NCBI GenBank assembly: GCA_046483495.1
Contig: JAWODC010000057.1
Location: 1 to 64,000, forward strand
Direction: 5' to 3'
From: Desulfobacterales bacterium
Lineage (GTDB): Bacteria > Desulfobacterota > Desulfobacteria > Desulfobacterales > UBA5616
Length of the DNA: 64,000 nt
Part shown: one piece after another, positions 10,301 through 19,092 of the stretch
How positions within the stretch are numbered: the stretch's first letter is position 1
Layout of the letters: each line of letters begins with the position of its first letter
The notes under the pieces: generated by a model
Databases searched by the model: none
Told to the model about the DNA's origin: nothing
What the model saw: the letters and a program-made list of their open reading frames with translations, nothing else
Made by a program: the position numbers and the translations under genes

Positions 10301-10448
10301 GCGCCGGCATATTATCCGCGTTCTGAAAATCACGGGCGGCGTTATTCATGGAAAAGGCGGGGCGGCGGAAATTCTCGATGTTCACCCGAATACGCTGTAT
10401 TCAAAAATGAAGAAACTCGGCATACGCAAACACGTATCCGTCGGCTGA
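7332..10448 (+). CDS. Sigma-54-dependent activator (helical/TPR-like N-terminus, GAF, AAA+, Fis HTH)
   Basis: GETGVGKE, GHEKGAFTGA, FIDEIGE, FREDLYYRLNV, WPGNVRELEN and a C-terminal HTH. Start codon uncertain. Confidence 0.93.
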   Translation: MAIPMHPPRADRNRPLIIASLFEGRFSIDWLLEITGLTAEQLLLSIEKAVDDGILVKQGPGRYMFTDSQQRLDYHALLMPEEKGRYSRLITRLLLREPVDETEAVDTVANHLLKVPNSLEGCRRLLTCGDTYRRSNRHKEATHCYRKVITDLKRDNTEEADRLVIDAALGYSRVSDAETDLRSVTSALNDAISRAQKHDSKSHAAMLKIHLAMTNWMLFDFKSAFRHFNQGYDIAKEIDDPSLRYAVNAFTSLFLFYQGRFKEVVKNYEDIAPVISKYPKTRTAIHAAFVTGCAYAYTGDLTQGMGLLNALYNDNKNKGDLYVESTLSLAIGWILLEINDIDNALLYLEEAGEKAAAAPHYITLLFCLDALAAAYIRKKDVGRASEYLKKCLDLCNNINFETYQLFNLLEIYWHAGQENISGLDHFSVDAEIQRAVLSRDIRNKGVAYRYQGILRRQKGQTHQKVIQSLLLSIKWLKEAGHRTQLAKTRVELAREYISKGSEDRGRKEIVKIAGDVDLYGNHLVPRDMRFLLEKRREEKDLFKEMIKLGQELVMIRDYRELVRHIISTANRITGAERGAIFVLDEGASTTGPTLRAATNLNEADVSHPDFTDSKNMIRKSLATETGVFLNREPSESDGRSSIPPIRNCICVPMKIRGGTVGVLYHDNRFFPSRFKEKDLEILSYFAAQAAIAMDNAGAYEEIKSLNEILKQENEYYEEQHIAAHHFEEIVGESGAVKEVIAKVIQVAQTDSNILILGETGVGKELVARAIHRRSSRKDKPFVSVNCSAFPESLIASELFGHEKGAFTGASHQRTGRFELAHNGTIFIDEIGEISKDVQVRLLRVLQSKEFERLGGKKTLYSNFRLITATNSDLVQDVRSGKFREDLYYRLNVFPIVVPPLRKRREDIPLLAYYFLDIYAQKLKKKVMKITDADMQKLIQYDWPGNVRELENVIERGVILSAGARFKIPELIYKNTRDTTESPLVTFAENERRHIIRVLKITGGVIHGKGGAAEILDVHPNTLYSKMKKLGIRKHVSVG

Positions 10449-10534
10449 ACATCAGTCTGCAACAAAACAGCTCGAAACAGGTGACAAGCATCCGGGCGCA
10501 TGCAGGCCGTTCTTCGTGGATTTACAAGAAGAGG

Positions 10535-12199
10535 TCAGAACAGCTGAAGCATATGCATCAGAAAAGGCGTTAGAATCCACGCCGAAATACCTGCCAGTAC
10601 GGCATAAAGAACGGCTACCGGCAGATTTTTTCTAACCACCGCCCCTTCTCTTCCCAGCAGGCCCACCGTTGTTAGCACCGCAACCACATTGTGGATACAG
10701 ATCATATTGCCGGCAGCCCCGCCGACTGCCTGCAACGCGAGAATCGGTATCTCGGGAAGCCCCACCTGATCGGCTGTATTGAGCTGAAAAGCGCCGAACA
10801 TGATATTCGAAACCGTATTGCTTCCTGATATGAAAGTGCCCAGAAGGCCGACGAGCGGCGCGGCCGGATACCATGCATCACCGAAAATTCGGGCGGCGGC
10901 CCCGGCCAGCAAAATCAGCATGGAGTCTCTACCGGTCGGGTCTCCCGATCGCATCATGATATAAACCATGCCGAGTGCGAAAACCAGCGCCACCGTTGCA
11001 GGTCCGATCGTTTTAAACGTCTCCTTCACAGTGCGGAGGGCGCTTTTCCATCCGGAGCCGTAGATCAAGGGTATCATCAGCGCCACCAAAAGAAAAGGCA
11101 CTATACCCGGATTGTACAACGGGGCAATGCCTCGGCTGATCGTTGTCCCCAGTATCGTGTTCCAGTTTATTGATACGGACTGCAAGAGCGGTGCAATCCC
11201 CAAAACCCTCAACCGGGTGAGGAGCAGCACGGCACCGATAATCATATAGGGCAGCCAGGCCTTTATCACGCTCATGCGTTTTTGCTCTATTCCGGACCCG
11301 GCCGATATCGTTCCCTCCCAGTCCTCAGGCCATTGGCTTTTCGGTGGAAAATCCCAGGTTTCTTCCGGAACGAAAAAACCGCGTGAGACGGCGAAAAGGA
11401 CGAGTAACAGCGCGAGAAGTGAACCCACCAGTGACGGCAATTCATAGTCGATCAGGATGGCTGTCAGCATCATGGGTAATGTGAATGTGATGCCGGCGAA
11501 AAGAGCAAGCGGCCAGACCGCCAACCCCTTTTTGAATGATCCCTCTGCGATTTTGGTAACGATGGCTGCCAACGTCAGCGGTATGAACGTACCCACCAGA
11601 AAATGCAGTACAGCCGCAATAATGCCGATATGCATCAGAAACGCATAAAATTGATTCCGGGATGCGGCAACCAGATGATGTAGAGGTTCGAACCCGCCCC
11701 ATATCGGCAGCCCCACGGCACCGAAGGTTACAGCGGTGCTGTCTCCGATCAGCGTGGATATTACTGCGATTAAGGGAGGAAAACCGAGCCCGACCAGCAG
11801 AGGAGCGCCGACTGCGGCCGGCGTTCCAAATCCCGCAGCCGCTTCAAAGAAGGATCCCATCAGCCAGGCGATGATGATCACCTGCACCCTTCGATCCCTC
11901 GAGACCGAGGCCATGGAGGCGGCGATGCTTGCAACAGCACCGGCCTCCCTCAATAACTGCAAAATCAACAGGGCTCCGAATACGATGATGAGGATGTCCA
12001 CCGCATTGATTACACCCGCAAGTGTTCCGGCACCGATCCACCGCAAGGGCATTTTCCAGGCAATGCCGGCAATAACGGCGGCCGTCAACCAGCCCACCGG
12101 CATGGCCAAAACGGCGGACCGGGAAAACACCACCATGAGAACGGCCACGGCAATGATCGGCATTGCAGCAAGTATCACCGGGAAGACGTTTATTTCCAC
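10535..12199 (-). CDS. lctP: L-lactate permease family transporter
   Basis: Highly hydrophobic, with DRRVQVIIIAW, EAAAGFGTPAA, SGSNTVSN and GGAAGNMI motifs. Confidence 0.88.
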   Translation of the reverse strand: MEINVFPVILAAMPIIAVAVLMVVFSRSAVLAMPVGWLTAAVIAGIAWKMPLRWIGAGTLAGVINAVDILIIVFGALLILQLLREAGAVASIAASMASVSRDRRVQVIIIAWLMGSFFEAAAGFGTPAAVGAPLLVGLGFPPLIAVISTLIGDSTAVTFGAVGLPIWGGFEPLHHLVAASRNQFYAFLMHIGIIAAVLHFLVGTFIPLTLAAIVTKIAEGSFKKGLAVWPLALFAGITFTLPMMLTAILIDYELPSLVGSLLALLLVLFAVSRGFFVPEETWDFPPKSQWPEDWEGTISAGSGIEQKRMSVIKAWLPYMIIGAVLLLTRLRVLGIAPLLQSVSINWNTILGTTISRGIAPLYNPGIVPFLLVALMIPLIYGSGWKSALRTVKETFKTIGPATVALVFALGMVYIMMRSGDPTGRDSMLILLAGAAARIFGDAWYPAAPLVGLLGTFISGSNTVSNIMFGAFQLNTADQVGLPEIPILALQAVGGAAGNMICIHNVVAVLTTVGLLGREGAVVRKNLPVAVLYAVLAGISAWILTPFLMHMLQLF

Positions 12200-12285
12200 T
12201 TGTTACACCGCCCTGCATGCGCACCCCTTAACAAGATGGCAGGCATACGGGTCATTTTTTCGCAGAAAAATCGATCAGCAGTTTA

Positions 12286-12690
12286 TCACCGGCGGCGGCC
12301 TCCACCTCCTCTGCCGCGGCCACCCATTTTTCCCGGGCCGCGCTCTATGGTCTCCGGTTCGAATTCTTCCAGGCTGTTTTGCTCGAATGCACTGACGGCG
12401 TCTTGAACGGTGCCGTGGTTGAACGAACAAACCCGGACTCCCGATCGTTTCATCACATTGGCCGCATTGGGGCCGATCTGACCGGTAATCAGCACATCGA
12501 TCCCTGCCTCGATTAAATCCTGCGCGGTTTGAATTCCGGTATTCCTGAACTGTTCACGCCGCGCTGAGTTGTCGACATAGTGTGGCTGACCGGTGCCGGT
12601 GTCATATATGACGAATCCCGAACTGCGCCCGAAACGGGGATCGACATCACTGTCCAGGGTTTTTCCCATTGCACTTACGGCAATTTTCAT
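12286..12690 (-). CDS. NifB/NifX family (Fe-Mo cofactor-binding / ORP-like) protein
   Basis: MKIAVSA..LDSDVDPRFGR..LITGQIGPNA, with a Gly/Arg-rich tail. Confidence 0.85.
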   Translation of the reverse strand: MKIAVSAMGKTLDSDVDPRFGRSSGFVIYDTGTGQPHYVDNSARREQFRNTGIQTAQDLIEAGIDVLITGQIGPNAANVMKRSGVRVCSFNHGTVQDAVSAFEQNSLEEFEPETIERGPGKMGGRGRGGGGRRR

Positions 12691-12791
12691 AACCTAACCG
12701 TCCTTTTTTTTTGGCCTTTATCCGCATGAAGCCATGAAGGTCCGCCATCGGCCCGAGACGGTTTTTACATGACACACCTCTCATGCGTTAT

Positions 12792-13220
12792 CTACCTTTC
12801 CGGTTCCGACGGCTGGGACACTTCTTTGATGACTTCGCCGGATTTCTCTTTGTCAAGGCTCACCGCCAGGTCGCCGATTGAAACGATACCGGCCACTTTG
12901 CCCTGGGCGTCTTTAACGAGCAGGCGGCGCAGTTGTTTGTCCTCCATCAAACGCACCGCTTCCTCTATGTCTGCATCAGAACTGCAGAATACCGGGTCTT
13001 TGCTCATGATTTCGCCGGCCTTGACATTCAATGGATCCTTGCCTTCAGCAACCAGGCGAACGGCTATATCCCGGTCTGTCAATATGCCGATGGCGGTGTC
13101 GCCGTCGAATATGGGCACCGCGCCGGCGTTGACTTGCCTCATGACCTCCGCGGCTCTTTTAACGGAATCACCCGAATAAACGAATTCAGGATTTTGCGTC
13201 ATGATCTCGTTTACTTTCAT
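12792..13220 (-). CDS. CBS domain pair protein
   Basis: MKVNEIMT..GILTDRDI..RRLLV..GIVSIGDL. GGAGG RBS before ATG 13220. Confidence 0.9.
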   Translation of the reverse strand: MKVNEIMTQNPEFVYSGDSVKRAAEVMRQVNAGAVPIFDGDTAIGILTDRDIAVRLVAEGKDPLNVKAGEIMSKDPVFCSSDADIEEAVRLMEDKQLRRLLVKDAQGKVAGIVSIGDLAVSLDKEKSGEVIKEVSQPSEPER

Positions 13221-13417
13221 GATAAACCTCCCACGTCCTTTTTCGTTCCTATGATAGAACCGGCGGCATCCGCCATTTTTTTCAAAAAGGGGATGCTGAT
13301 GATTCACCGGCCTCTTTTACCCTACTGAATCGGACCGTGAGGGTAAATAGGGTTAAACCCTTATTGAATACCCGTCTTCGTCGGTTTGTTCGCTTATTTC
13401 CTGTGAGTCCATGTTCG

Positions 13418-16189
13418 TCACGGCCGGCGAAATTTTTTATGGCCCTCATTGATGAGTATGGCTGTCAGTGCAATGCCCGCAGCCGCAGCCCAAGTGGCCG
13501 CATCCAGGGGGGTAAAGCTCAGCAGCTTTTGCGTCCAAGGAAAATACAGGGCCCCGATGTGGATTCCAAGAGAAGAAAGTACGCCGAGGAACAATACTTT
13601 ATTTTCCATCACGCTCTTTTTGAACAATGAGGTATATTCACTGCGGCAATTGAAAACATGAACTTTTTGAAACAGAACGAGTGTCGTCAGGGTGGCCGTC
13701 CTCGCAAATATCAAATCCTGTTCGCCCCCTCCCGATTTCCACCAGAACATCGCGAGCGTCCCCAAGGCGAGCCATACGCCCACAAGCACAAGCCGCTCCA
13801 GCATCAGCCGGTCCAGTACGCCTTCATTCGGCGAACGCGGCGGCCGTTCAAAAAGAAACCGTTCCCCGGGTTCGAATGCCAGAGCCACATCGGCGATGCC
13901 GTTGGTGACCACATTGCACCACAATATTTGCGCCGGCAACAGTGGAAGCGGCCACCCCACAAACAGGGCCGTCAGAATAATCAGGATATCGGCGGCACCC
14001 GTACTGAGGAGAAAAAAGGTCGCCATGCGAATGTTTCGAAACGCCGTCCGCCCCTCCTCCACGGCGGCATATACGCTGGCGAAATTGTCATCGGTGATGA
14101 CCATATCGCTGGCGTCTTTTGCCACGTCCGTTCCCGAACCCATTGCAGCACCGATATGCGCGCTCTTAAGCGCCGGGGCGTCATTGACACCGTCACCCGT
14201 AACGGCCACGATCTCATTGTTCTCTTTTATACGATTGATCAGCCGCAGCTTTTGGCCCGGCTCCACGCGCGCAAATACGTTTGTCCGTTTCAGCAGCCCG
14301 TCGAACTCCTCGTCACTCATTCTTCCGATCTCCCGGCCGGAAAAAGCGCGCAAGGCGTCTGCGTTCTCAATGTCTTTTTCCTTTCCCTCACCGTGTGCAG
14401 GCCCTCGCTCCAGGTGCAATTTGCCGGCAATGGCTGCCGCTGTTCTCGCGTGGTCGCCGGTGACCATCATCACCCGAATGCCGGACGCGTGGCACTGATC
14501 AACAGCCTCGACGGCGGTTGGTCTCGGAGGATCGATCATCCCCTGAAAACCCGCAAAGACAAGTCCCTCGGGGTTTTCGGTCTTGACCGTTTCGGCCGCC
14601 TTCTTACCGTGTCCTACGGCCATTGCCAACACACGCAAACCCTCGTCCGCCAATGCATCGCTTTTTTCCTTCAGAGCATCCGGATCAAGTTCGGATGCTT
14701 CACCGTTTTTAATGTATGTCGTGCACATCTCGAGGACTTTTTCAGGAGCGCCCTTAAGCAAAACCAAATTTTCTTGAGAGCCGCTTTCCCTGTCCTCATG
14801 AATGGTGGCCATAAACCGGCGTTCAGTTTTAAACGGCACTACATCCTTTCGCGGGAACCGGTGCTGCAGTTCGTCACGACTAAGCCCCCCTTTGCCTGCG
14901 GCAATAAGAAGTGCCGCCTCCATGGGATCGCCGCGCGTGACAAGCTCTTTTTTGCCGTTTTCAGATGCATTTTCGGATTCACGATCCGATTCATCATCTT
15001 TTTCAGCCGGACGCACCTCGGCTTCGTTGCAAAGAAGCCCGACCAGCAGGGCATGCCAAAGGCCTGTATCCTGCTGCGGCTGCATCTGTTCATCGTTTAT
15101 CGTGATATCTCCCGTGAACGTCGTCCCGCCGCCTGAAACCCGGAATGTTTTATCCTCCGCATAGATGGCCCTTACGGTCATTTGATTCTGGGTCAATGTA
15201 CCGGTCTTGTCCGAAACGATAACCGTAGTGGATCCAAGTGTATCTACCGCTGGAAGATTGCGGATAACGGCATGCCGTTGGGCCATGCGCCGCACCCCCA
15301 GAGCCAGGGCCACCGTCACGACGATGGGCAGGCCCGCCGGAATGGCGGCAACCGCCAGTGCGATACCCAACAAAACCATATTATATGGATCGCGGCCCAT
15401 CAGCCAGCCGGTTCCGGATGAGATCACGGCGACGATCAGAATGCCGAACGTGATGTATTTGGCCAGTCGACGGATTCTTCTCTCGAGCGGCGTTTCAATT
15501 TCCGCGGCCTCTCTGACCTGCTCGGCAATTCGCCCGATCCGGGTATCCCGGCCGGTGCGGACGACCACGGCTGCGGCACTGCCGGAAGTGACGGCAGTGC
15601 CCATAAATGCCATATTCTTCTGATCTGCGGTCGGCAGGTCATCCGGTGCATCGGGCATGGCCTCACGTTGCTTGCTCACCGGCACCGATTCGCCTGTCAG
15701 CGCGGACTCATTCACCTGTAATGATGTGACGTCGACCAATCGAACATCCGCGGGGATTACCTTTCCCTGCCCCAGACGGACGATATCGCCGGGAACCAGT
15801 TTGCTGCTGTCGACCTGCTTTTCTTTACCATCCCGAAAAACAGCCGCCTTGGGCGTGATCATTTTCATCAGGGACTGAACCGCGGATTCCGCCTGGTACT
15901 CCTGTATGAATCCGACCACGGTGTTGATCACCAGCACCGCACCGATGACAATCGCGTCCGAAAAACTCTGGATTGCCAGCGTAACCACCAAAGCTCCGAG
16001 CAGGACATAAATCAGGGGACTCGAAAACTGGTGCAGCAGCACCTCCCAAGCGCTGATTTCTCTTCCGCGCTGAATCCGATTGGGTCCGTACTCCTTCAGA
16101 CGCCTGACCGCTTGTTTTCCGGTCAATCCCTCTCGACCGGAATCCAATGCTTCAAAAACCTTGTCGGCGGTTTGCTTAAACCATTCCAT
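13418..16189 (-). CDS. Cation-translocating P-type ATPase (type II-like)
   Basis: TGES, DKTGTLT, KGAPE and TGDGVNDAPAL motifs. TM4 reads PAGL instead of PEGL. Confidence 0.93.
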   Translation of the reverse strand: MEWFKQTADKVFEALDSGREGLTGKQAVRRLKEYGPNRIQRGREISAWEVLLHQFSSPLIYVLLGALVVTLAIQSFSDAIVIGAVLVINTVVGFIQEYQAESAVQSLMKMITPKAAVFRDGKEKQVDSSKLVPGDIVRLGQGKVIPADVRLVDVTSLQVNESALTGESVPVSKQREAMPDAPDDLPTADQKNMAFMGTAVTSGSAAAVVVRTGRDTRIGRIAEQVREAAEIETPLERRIRRLAKYITFGILIVAVISSGTGWLMGRDPYNMVLLGIALAVAAIPAGLPIVVTVALALGVRRMAQRHAVIRNLPAVDTLGSTTVIVSDKTGTLTQNQMTVRAIYAEDKTFRVSGGGTTFTGDITINDEQMQPQQDTGLWHALLVGLLCNEAEVRPAEKDDESDRESENASENGKKELVTRGDPMEAALLIAAGKGGLSRDELQHRFPRKDVVPFKTERRFMATIHEDRESGSQENLVLLKGAPEKVLEMCTTYIKNGEASELDPDALKEKSDALADEGLRVLAMAVGHGKKAAETVKTENPEGLVFAGFQGMIDPPRPTAVEAVDQCHASGIRVMMVTGDHARTAAAIAGKLHLERGPAHGEGKEKDIENADALRAFSGREIGRMSDEEFDGLLKRTNVFARVEPGQKLRLINRIKENNEIVAVTGDGVNDAPALKSAHIGAAMGSGTDVAKDASDMVITDDNFASVYAAVEEGRTAFRNIRMATFFLLSTGAADILIILTALFVGWPLPLLPAQILWCNVVTNGIADVALAFEPGERFLFERPPRSPNEGVLDRLMLERLVLVGVWLALGTLAMFWWKSGGGEQDLIFARTATLTTLVLFQKVHVFNCRSEYTSLFKKSVMENKVLFLGVLSSLGIHIGALYFPWTQKLLSFTPLDAATWAAAAGIALTAILINEGHKKFRRP

Positions 16190-16374
16190 AATGCGTACAT
16201 CCTCGCGTTTGAAAAAGGCTGTCTCAAGAATTGCTGTTTCAATATCCGGCTTGCTGCCGTAATCCGATCGCGAATATGCTGATTCCTGTTTTCTGATTGA
16301 ATTACCCTTCCCGCATGTTCCAAAAAATGGGCTTATTTGTGTATATGGCTCATAATCGGATATGATTTTAAATC

Positions 16375-16414
16375 ATGCCTATCCGGAAATGGCTAATTCG
16401 CTTAATTTCGGCGT
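16375..16414 (-). repeat. MITE-like repeat, copy B (terminal fragment)
   Basis: ATGCCTATCCGGAAATGGCTAATTCGCTTAATTTCGGCGT matches the left end of the copy at 35282. Confidence 0.7.
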
Positions 16415-16554
16415 CGTCCATTGAAGAAGGGGCCGAAAGCATAAACCCCTCAACGTTTTTACCGGAATTTAATGGCTGCCGCAGCCCGGCAACGTTTACT
16501 TCGCCGGAATGCAATTGTTTATTGACTGCTGAAATCGTTTCCGATTATAGTCAG

Positions 16555-16687
16555 AGAAATGGCTGATTCGCTCCATTTCGGCGTTGGCCGGTAAATTGTA
16601 ATCCTCAAAATACTCAATGTATTCATGTGGTTAAAATGTACCGGCCCCCTTGAACGGAATCGAATTTTCTCATTTCCGGATGGGCAC
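16555..16687 (-). repeat. MITE-like repeat, copy C (one end clipped)
   Basis: Aligns along its length with 35282-35424 and ends ATTTCCGGATGGGCAC. Confidence 0.88.
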
Positions 16688-16827
16688 TGTTACAAAAAAA
16701 ATAGGTAACATGTCACCTCGGTTAACATTTCGCGGATGCATCTTAACCGATTCTTCATATTTTCAAAAACCTTACCCACGCGGTAATCATTCAGCCGGGA
16801 ATCGTCGAAACTGGGAGACTGAAAAAA

Positions 16828-18246
16828 ATGAAAACATCCGTAAAAGTCACAATGGTTCTTGTGTCGGTCTTTTTTGTCGTGCTGATTGCAGCATACACCT
16901 ACTTTTCGCCGATTTTCGAGGTTGGGACGGGATATGCAGCCAAAATTCTATGTTCATCAGCTTATGTTTCCGGCAGGGAATATAAAGACATTATAAATCA
17001 GGATCTGGATATGCCGGGGATCTCCCGATTCAATACCCGGCTCGTTAAAGAAGAAAGGGCCGCTGAAGCTTCTTTTTTGGGCATTTTCAAATCCCGGGCG
17101 ATCTTTCGACCGGGTCTCGGGTGCACGTTGTGCGTCGACGGTGTATCTGAAATCGAGCTCAGGCAGGAGGCAATGGGTATACGTGAACCCGATCCCACAC
17201 AATCCGATGAAATCTGGCCCGAAGGGAAGGCCGTTTCCGATCATATGTCGCTGTCGAAAAAACTGGCGTCCGCGCTCGATATGGCATTTGATGAAAATTC
17301 AGAAGCGTTGCGCCGCACGCGGGCGGTTGTAATCGTTTACAACGGCCGCATTGTGGCCGAACGTTACGCGCCCGGCATCACGAAGGACACCCCGCTTTTG
17401 GGATGGTCCATGACAAAAAGCGTCACCAATGCTTTGGTCGGCATTCTGGTAAAAGAGAACAAACTCGACTTGGCGCAAACGGATCTGATGCCCCAGTGGC
17501 GCAAAGAAGGAGATCCGCGCAGTAATATCACGCTGGATCAGTTATTGAGAATGTCGAGCGGACTGGCATTTTTAGAGGCATATGAAGAACCCATCACTTC
17601 TGATGTAAACAAAATGCTCTTTACGGCATCGAGCGCTTCCGATTTCGCCGCCGAAAAGCCTCTCGAAGCCGAACCGGGTTCGAAGTGGTACTATTCCAGT
17701 GGGACAACCAACATCATTGCCCGTATCGCAAGAGATGCCGCACAGATGAGTCAAACCGAATGGTTCAGATTTCCAAAAGAGGCACTGTTCGATAAAATCG
17801 GCATGAAAAGCGCTGTCTTGGAACCGGACCCTTCCGGAAACTTTGTGGGCTCCTCCTATATGTATGCAACCGCCAGGGATTGGGCACGCTTCGGCCTTCT
17901 GTATTTAAATGACGGTGTATGGAGTGGTGAACGCATTCTTCCTGAAGGGTGGGTAGCCTATTCCACCACCCCCACGCCGCACACAGAACCGGGCCAGGCG
18001 TATGGCGCCCAGTTCTGGTTGAACCATCCCAATCCCCAACGGCGAATTTCCTTCTTGCCCGATGATGCGTTCATGGCATTGGGGCATGAATGTCAGGCGG
18101 TGGTGATCATTCCCTCCCGAAATGCCGTCGTGGTACGACTCGGTCTTTATCGCGGGCCTGATTTCGAGGCCCCATTGGACTTTATCGAAAACGTCCTGCA
18201 GATTCTGCCGCCGGTCGAGGACCACCCGAAACCTGAAACCATTTAG
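16828..18246 (+). CDS. Serine hydrolase, beta-lactamase class C-like family, N-terminal membrane anchor
   Basis: WSMTKS (SxxK), WYYSSG, LLRMSSGL and ARDWARFGLLYL motifs. Confidence 0.88.
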   Translation: MKTSVKVTMVLVSVFFVVLIAAYTYFSPIFEVGTGYAAKILCSSAYVSGREYKDIINQDLDMPGISRFNTRLVKEERAAEASFLGIFKSRAIFRPGLGCTLCVDGVSEIELRQEAMGIREPDPTQSDEIWPEGKAVSDHMSLSKKLASALDMAFDENSEALRRTRAVVIVYNGRIVAERYAPGITKDTPLLGWSMTKSVTNALVGILVKENKLDLAQTDLMPQWRKEGDPRSNITLDQLLRMSSGLAFLEAYEEPITSDVNKMLFTASSASDFAAEKPLEAEPGSKWYYSSGTTNIIARIARDAAQMSQTEWFRFPKEALFDKIGMKSAVLEPDPSGNFVGSSYMYATARDWARFGLLYLNDGVWSGERILPEGWVAYSTTPTPHTEPGQAYGAQFWLNHPNPQRRISFLPDDAFMALGHECQAVVIIPSRNAVVVRLGLYRGPDFEAPLDFIENVLQILPPVEDHPKPETI

Positions 18247-18328
18247 ACCGCAGGAATACATCGAGTATTTTGAGGATAAAAATTTTCCGGCCAACGCCGA
18301 AATGGAGGAATCAGCCAATTATGGACAC
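18247..18328 (+). repeat. MITE-like repeat, copy D (3' half)
   Basis: ACCGCAGGAATACATCGAGTATTTTGAGGA...AACGCCGAAATGG...ATGGACAC, starting immediately after the hydrolase stop codon. Confidence 0.85.
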
Positions 18329-18334
18329 CATCCG

Positions 18335-18478
18335 GTGTTCATTCAGAAAGGGTAGGTTTTGGTCTGGAGCAAGGCATGAGCTCTTTTTGAAACCGCAGGA
18401 ATAGTGAACTATTTTGAGGATTTCAAAAAGGCGAAAAACGCCGCTCCGGGCCAAAAGATGCCCTTTCTGGATGAACAC
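18335..18478 (+). repeat. MITE-like repeat, divergent copy E
   Basis: TIR GTGTTCATTCAGAAAG...CTTTCTGGATGAACAC. It keeps CAAGGC, CCGCAGGAATA, TATTTTGAGGA and AACGCCG, but with different stems. Confidence 0.8.
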
Positions 18479-18852
18479 TACTTGAGGATTTCGGGCTTAT
18501 ACCCCTCCGGCAAATGAGCCGTCCCCTTAACACAAGTAAGACCGGAAGCTTTATGCGCCGCTTCCATGAGATCCTCTAAATGGTCGCAAAAACCATTTCC
18601 CTCGATCCATCCCTCATCGGTTTTTTTCGCAAATGAACACGTGACGAAATGGATCGCTTCAGCCCCCTTTGCTTTGAGAATCTTGGCCTGCTCCGGGATG
18701 TTATCCCCCGGACATCGACAGGTAAACACCCCAGCGGGATAACAATTTTCATATTCGGCAAATCCTTCTTTGGTTTCCATCATGCACTTCAGGCAGTTGG
18801 TCAATGGGCATCTGTTTTCATTTTTTTCACATCGAATAAAAGCGATTTTCAT
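18478..18852 (-). CDS. CGGC domain-like Cys-rich protein
   Basis: MKIAFIRC..CPLTNCLKC..FTCRCPG..IHFVTC..C..VKGTAH pattern. Confidence 0.75.
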   Translation of the reverse strand: MKIAFIRCEKNENRCPLTNCLKCMMETKEGFAEYENCYPAGVFTCRCPGDNIPEQAKILKAKGAEAIHFVTCSFAKKTDEGWIEGNGFCDHLEDLMEAAHKASGLTCVKGTAHLPEGYKPEILK

Positions 18853-18869
18853 TTTTTCTCCCGTAACCG

Positions 18870-19012
18870 GTGCCCATTCAGAAGTGAGAAAATTCACTTC
18901 CGTTCAAGGCGGCCGGGAAATTTTAACCGCAGGAATACATTGAGTATTTTGAGGATTAAAATTTTCCGGCCAACGCCGAAATGGAGTGAATCAGCCATTT
19001 CTGAATGGGCAC
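18870..19012 (+). repeat. MITE-like repeat, copy F (full)
   Basis: TIR GTGCCCATTCAGAAGTG...CATTTCTGAATGGGCAC; 143 bp. Confidence 0.92.
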
Positions 19013-19092
19013 TAACTGGTATCATGTTCGGCTTGCCGCCAGATTGCTCCGCATTGTGGATTTGCAGGTCGTATTCAAACCCGCAATGCGTT

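Noticed and set aside
16828..18246. Beta-lactam resistance gene
   Set aside because: SxxK serine hydrolases of this membrane-anchored type are generally esterases or amidases. Nothing specific indicates beta-lactamase activity.
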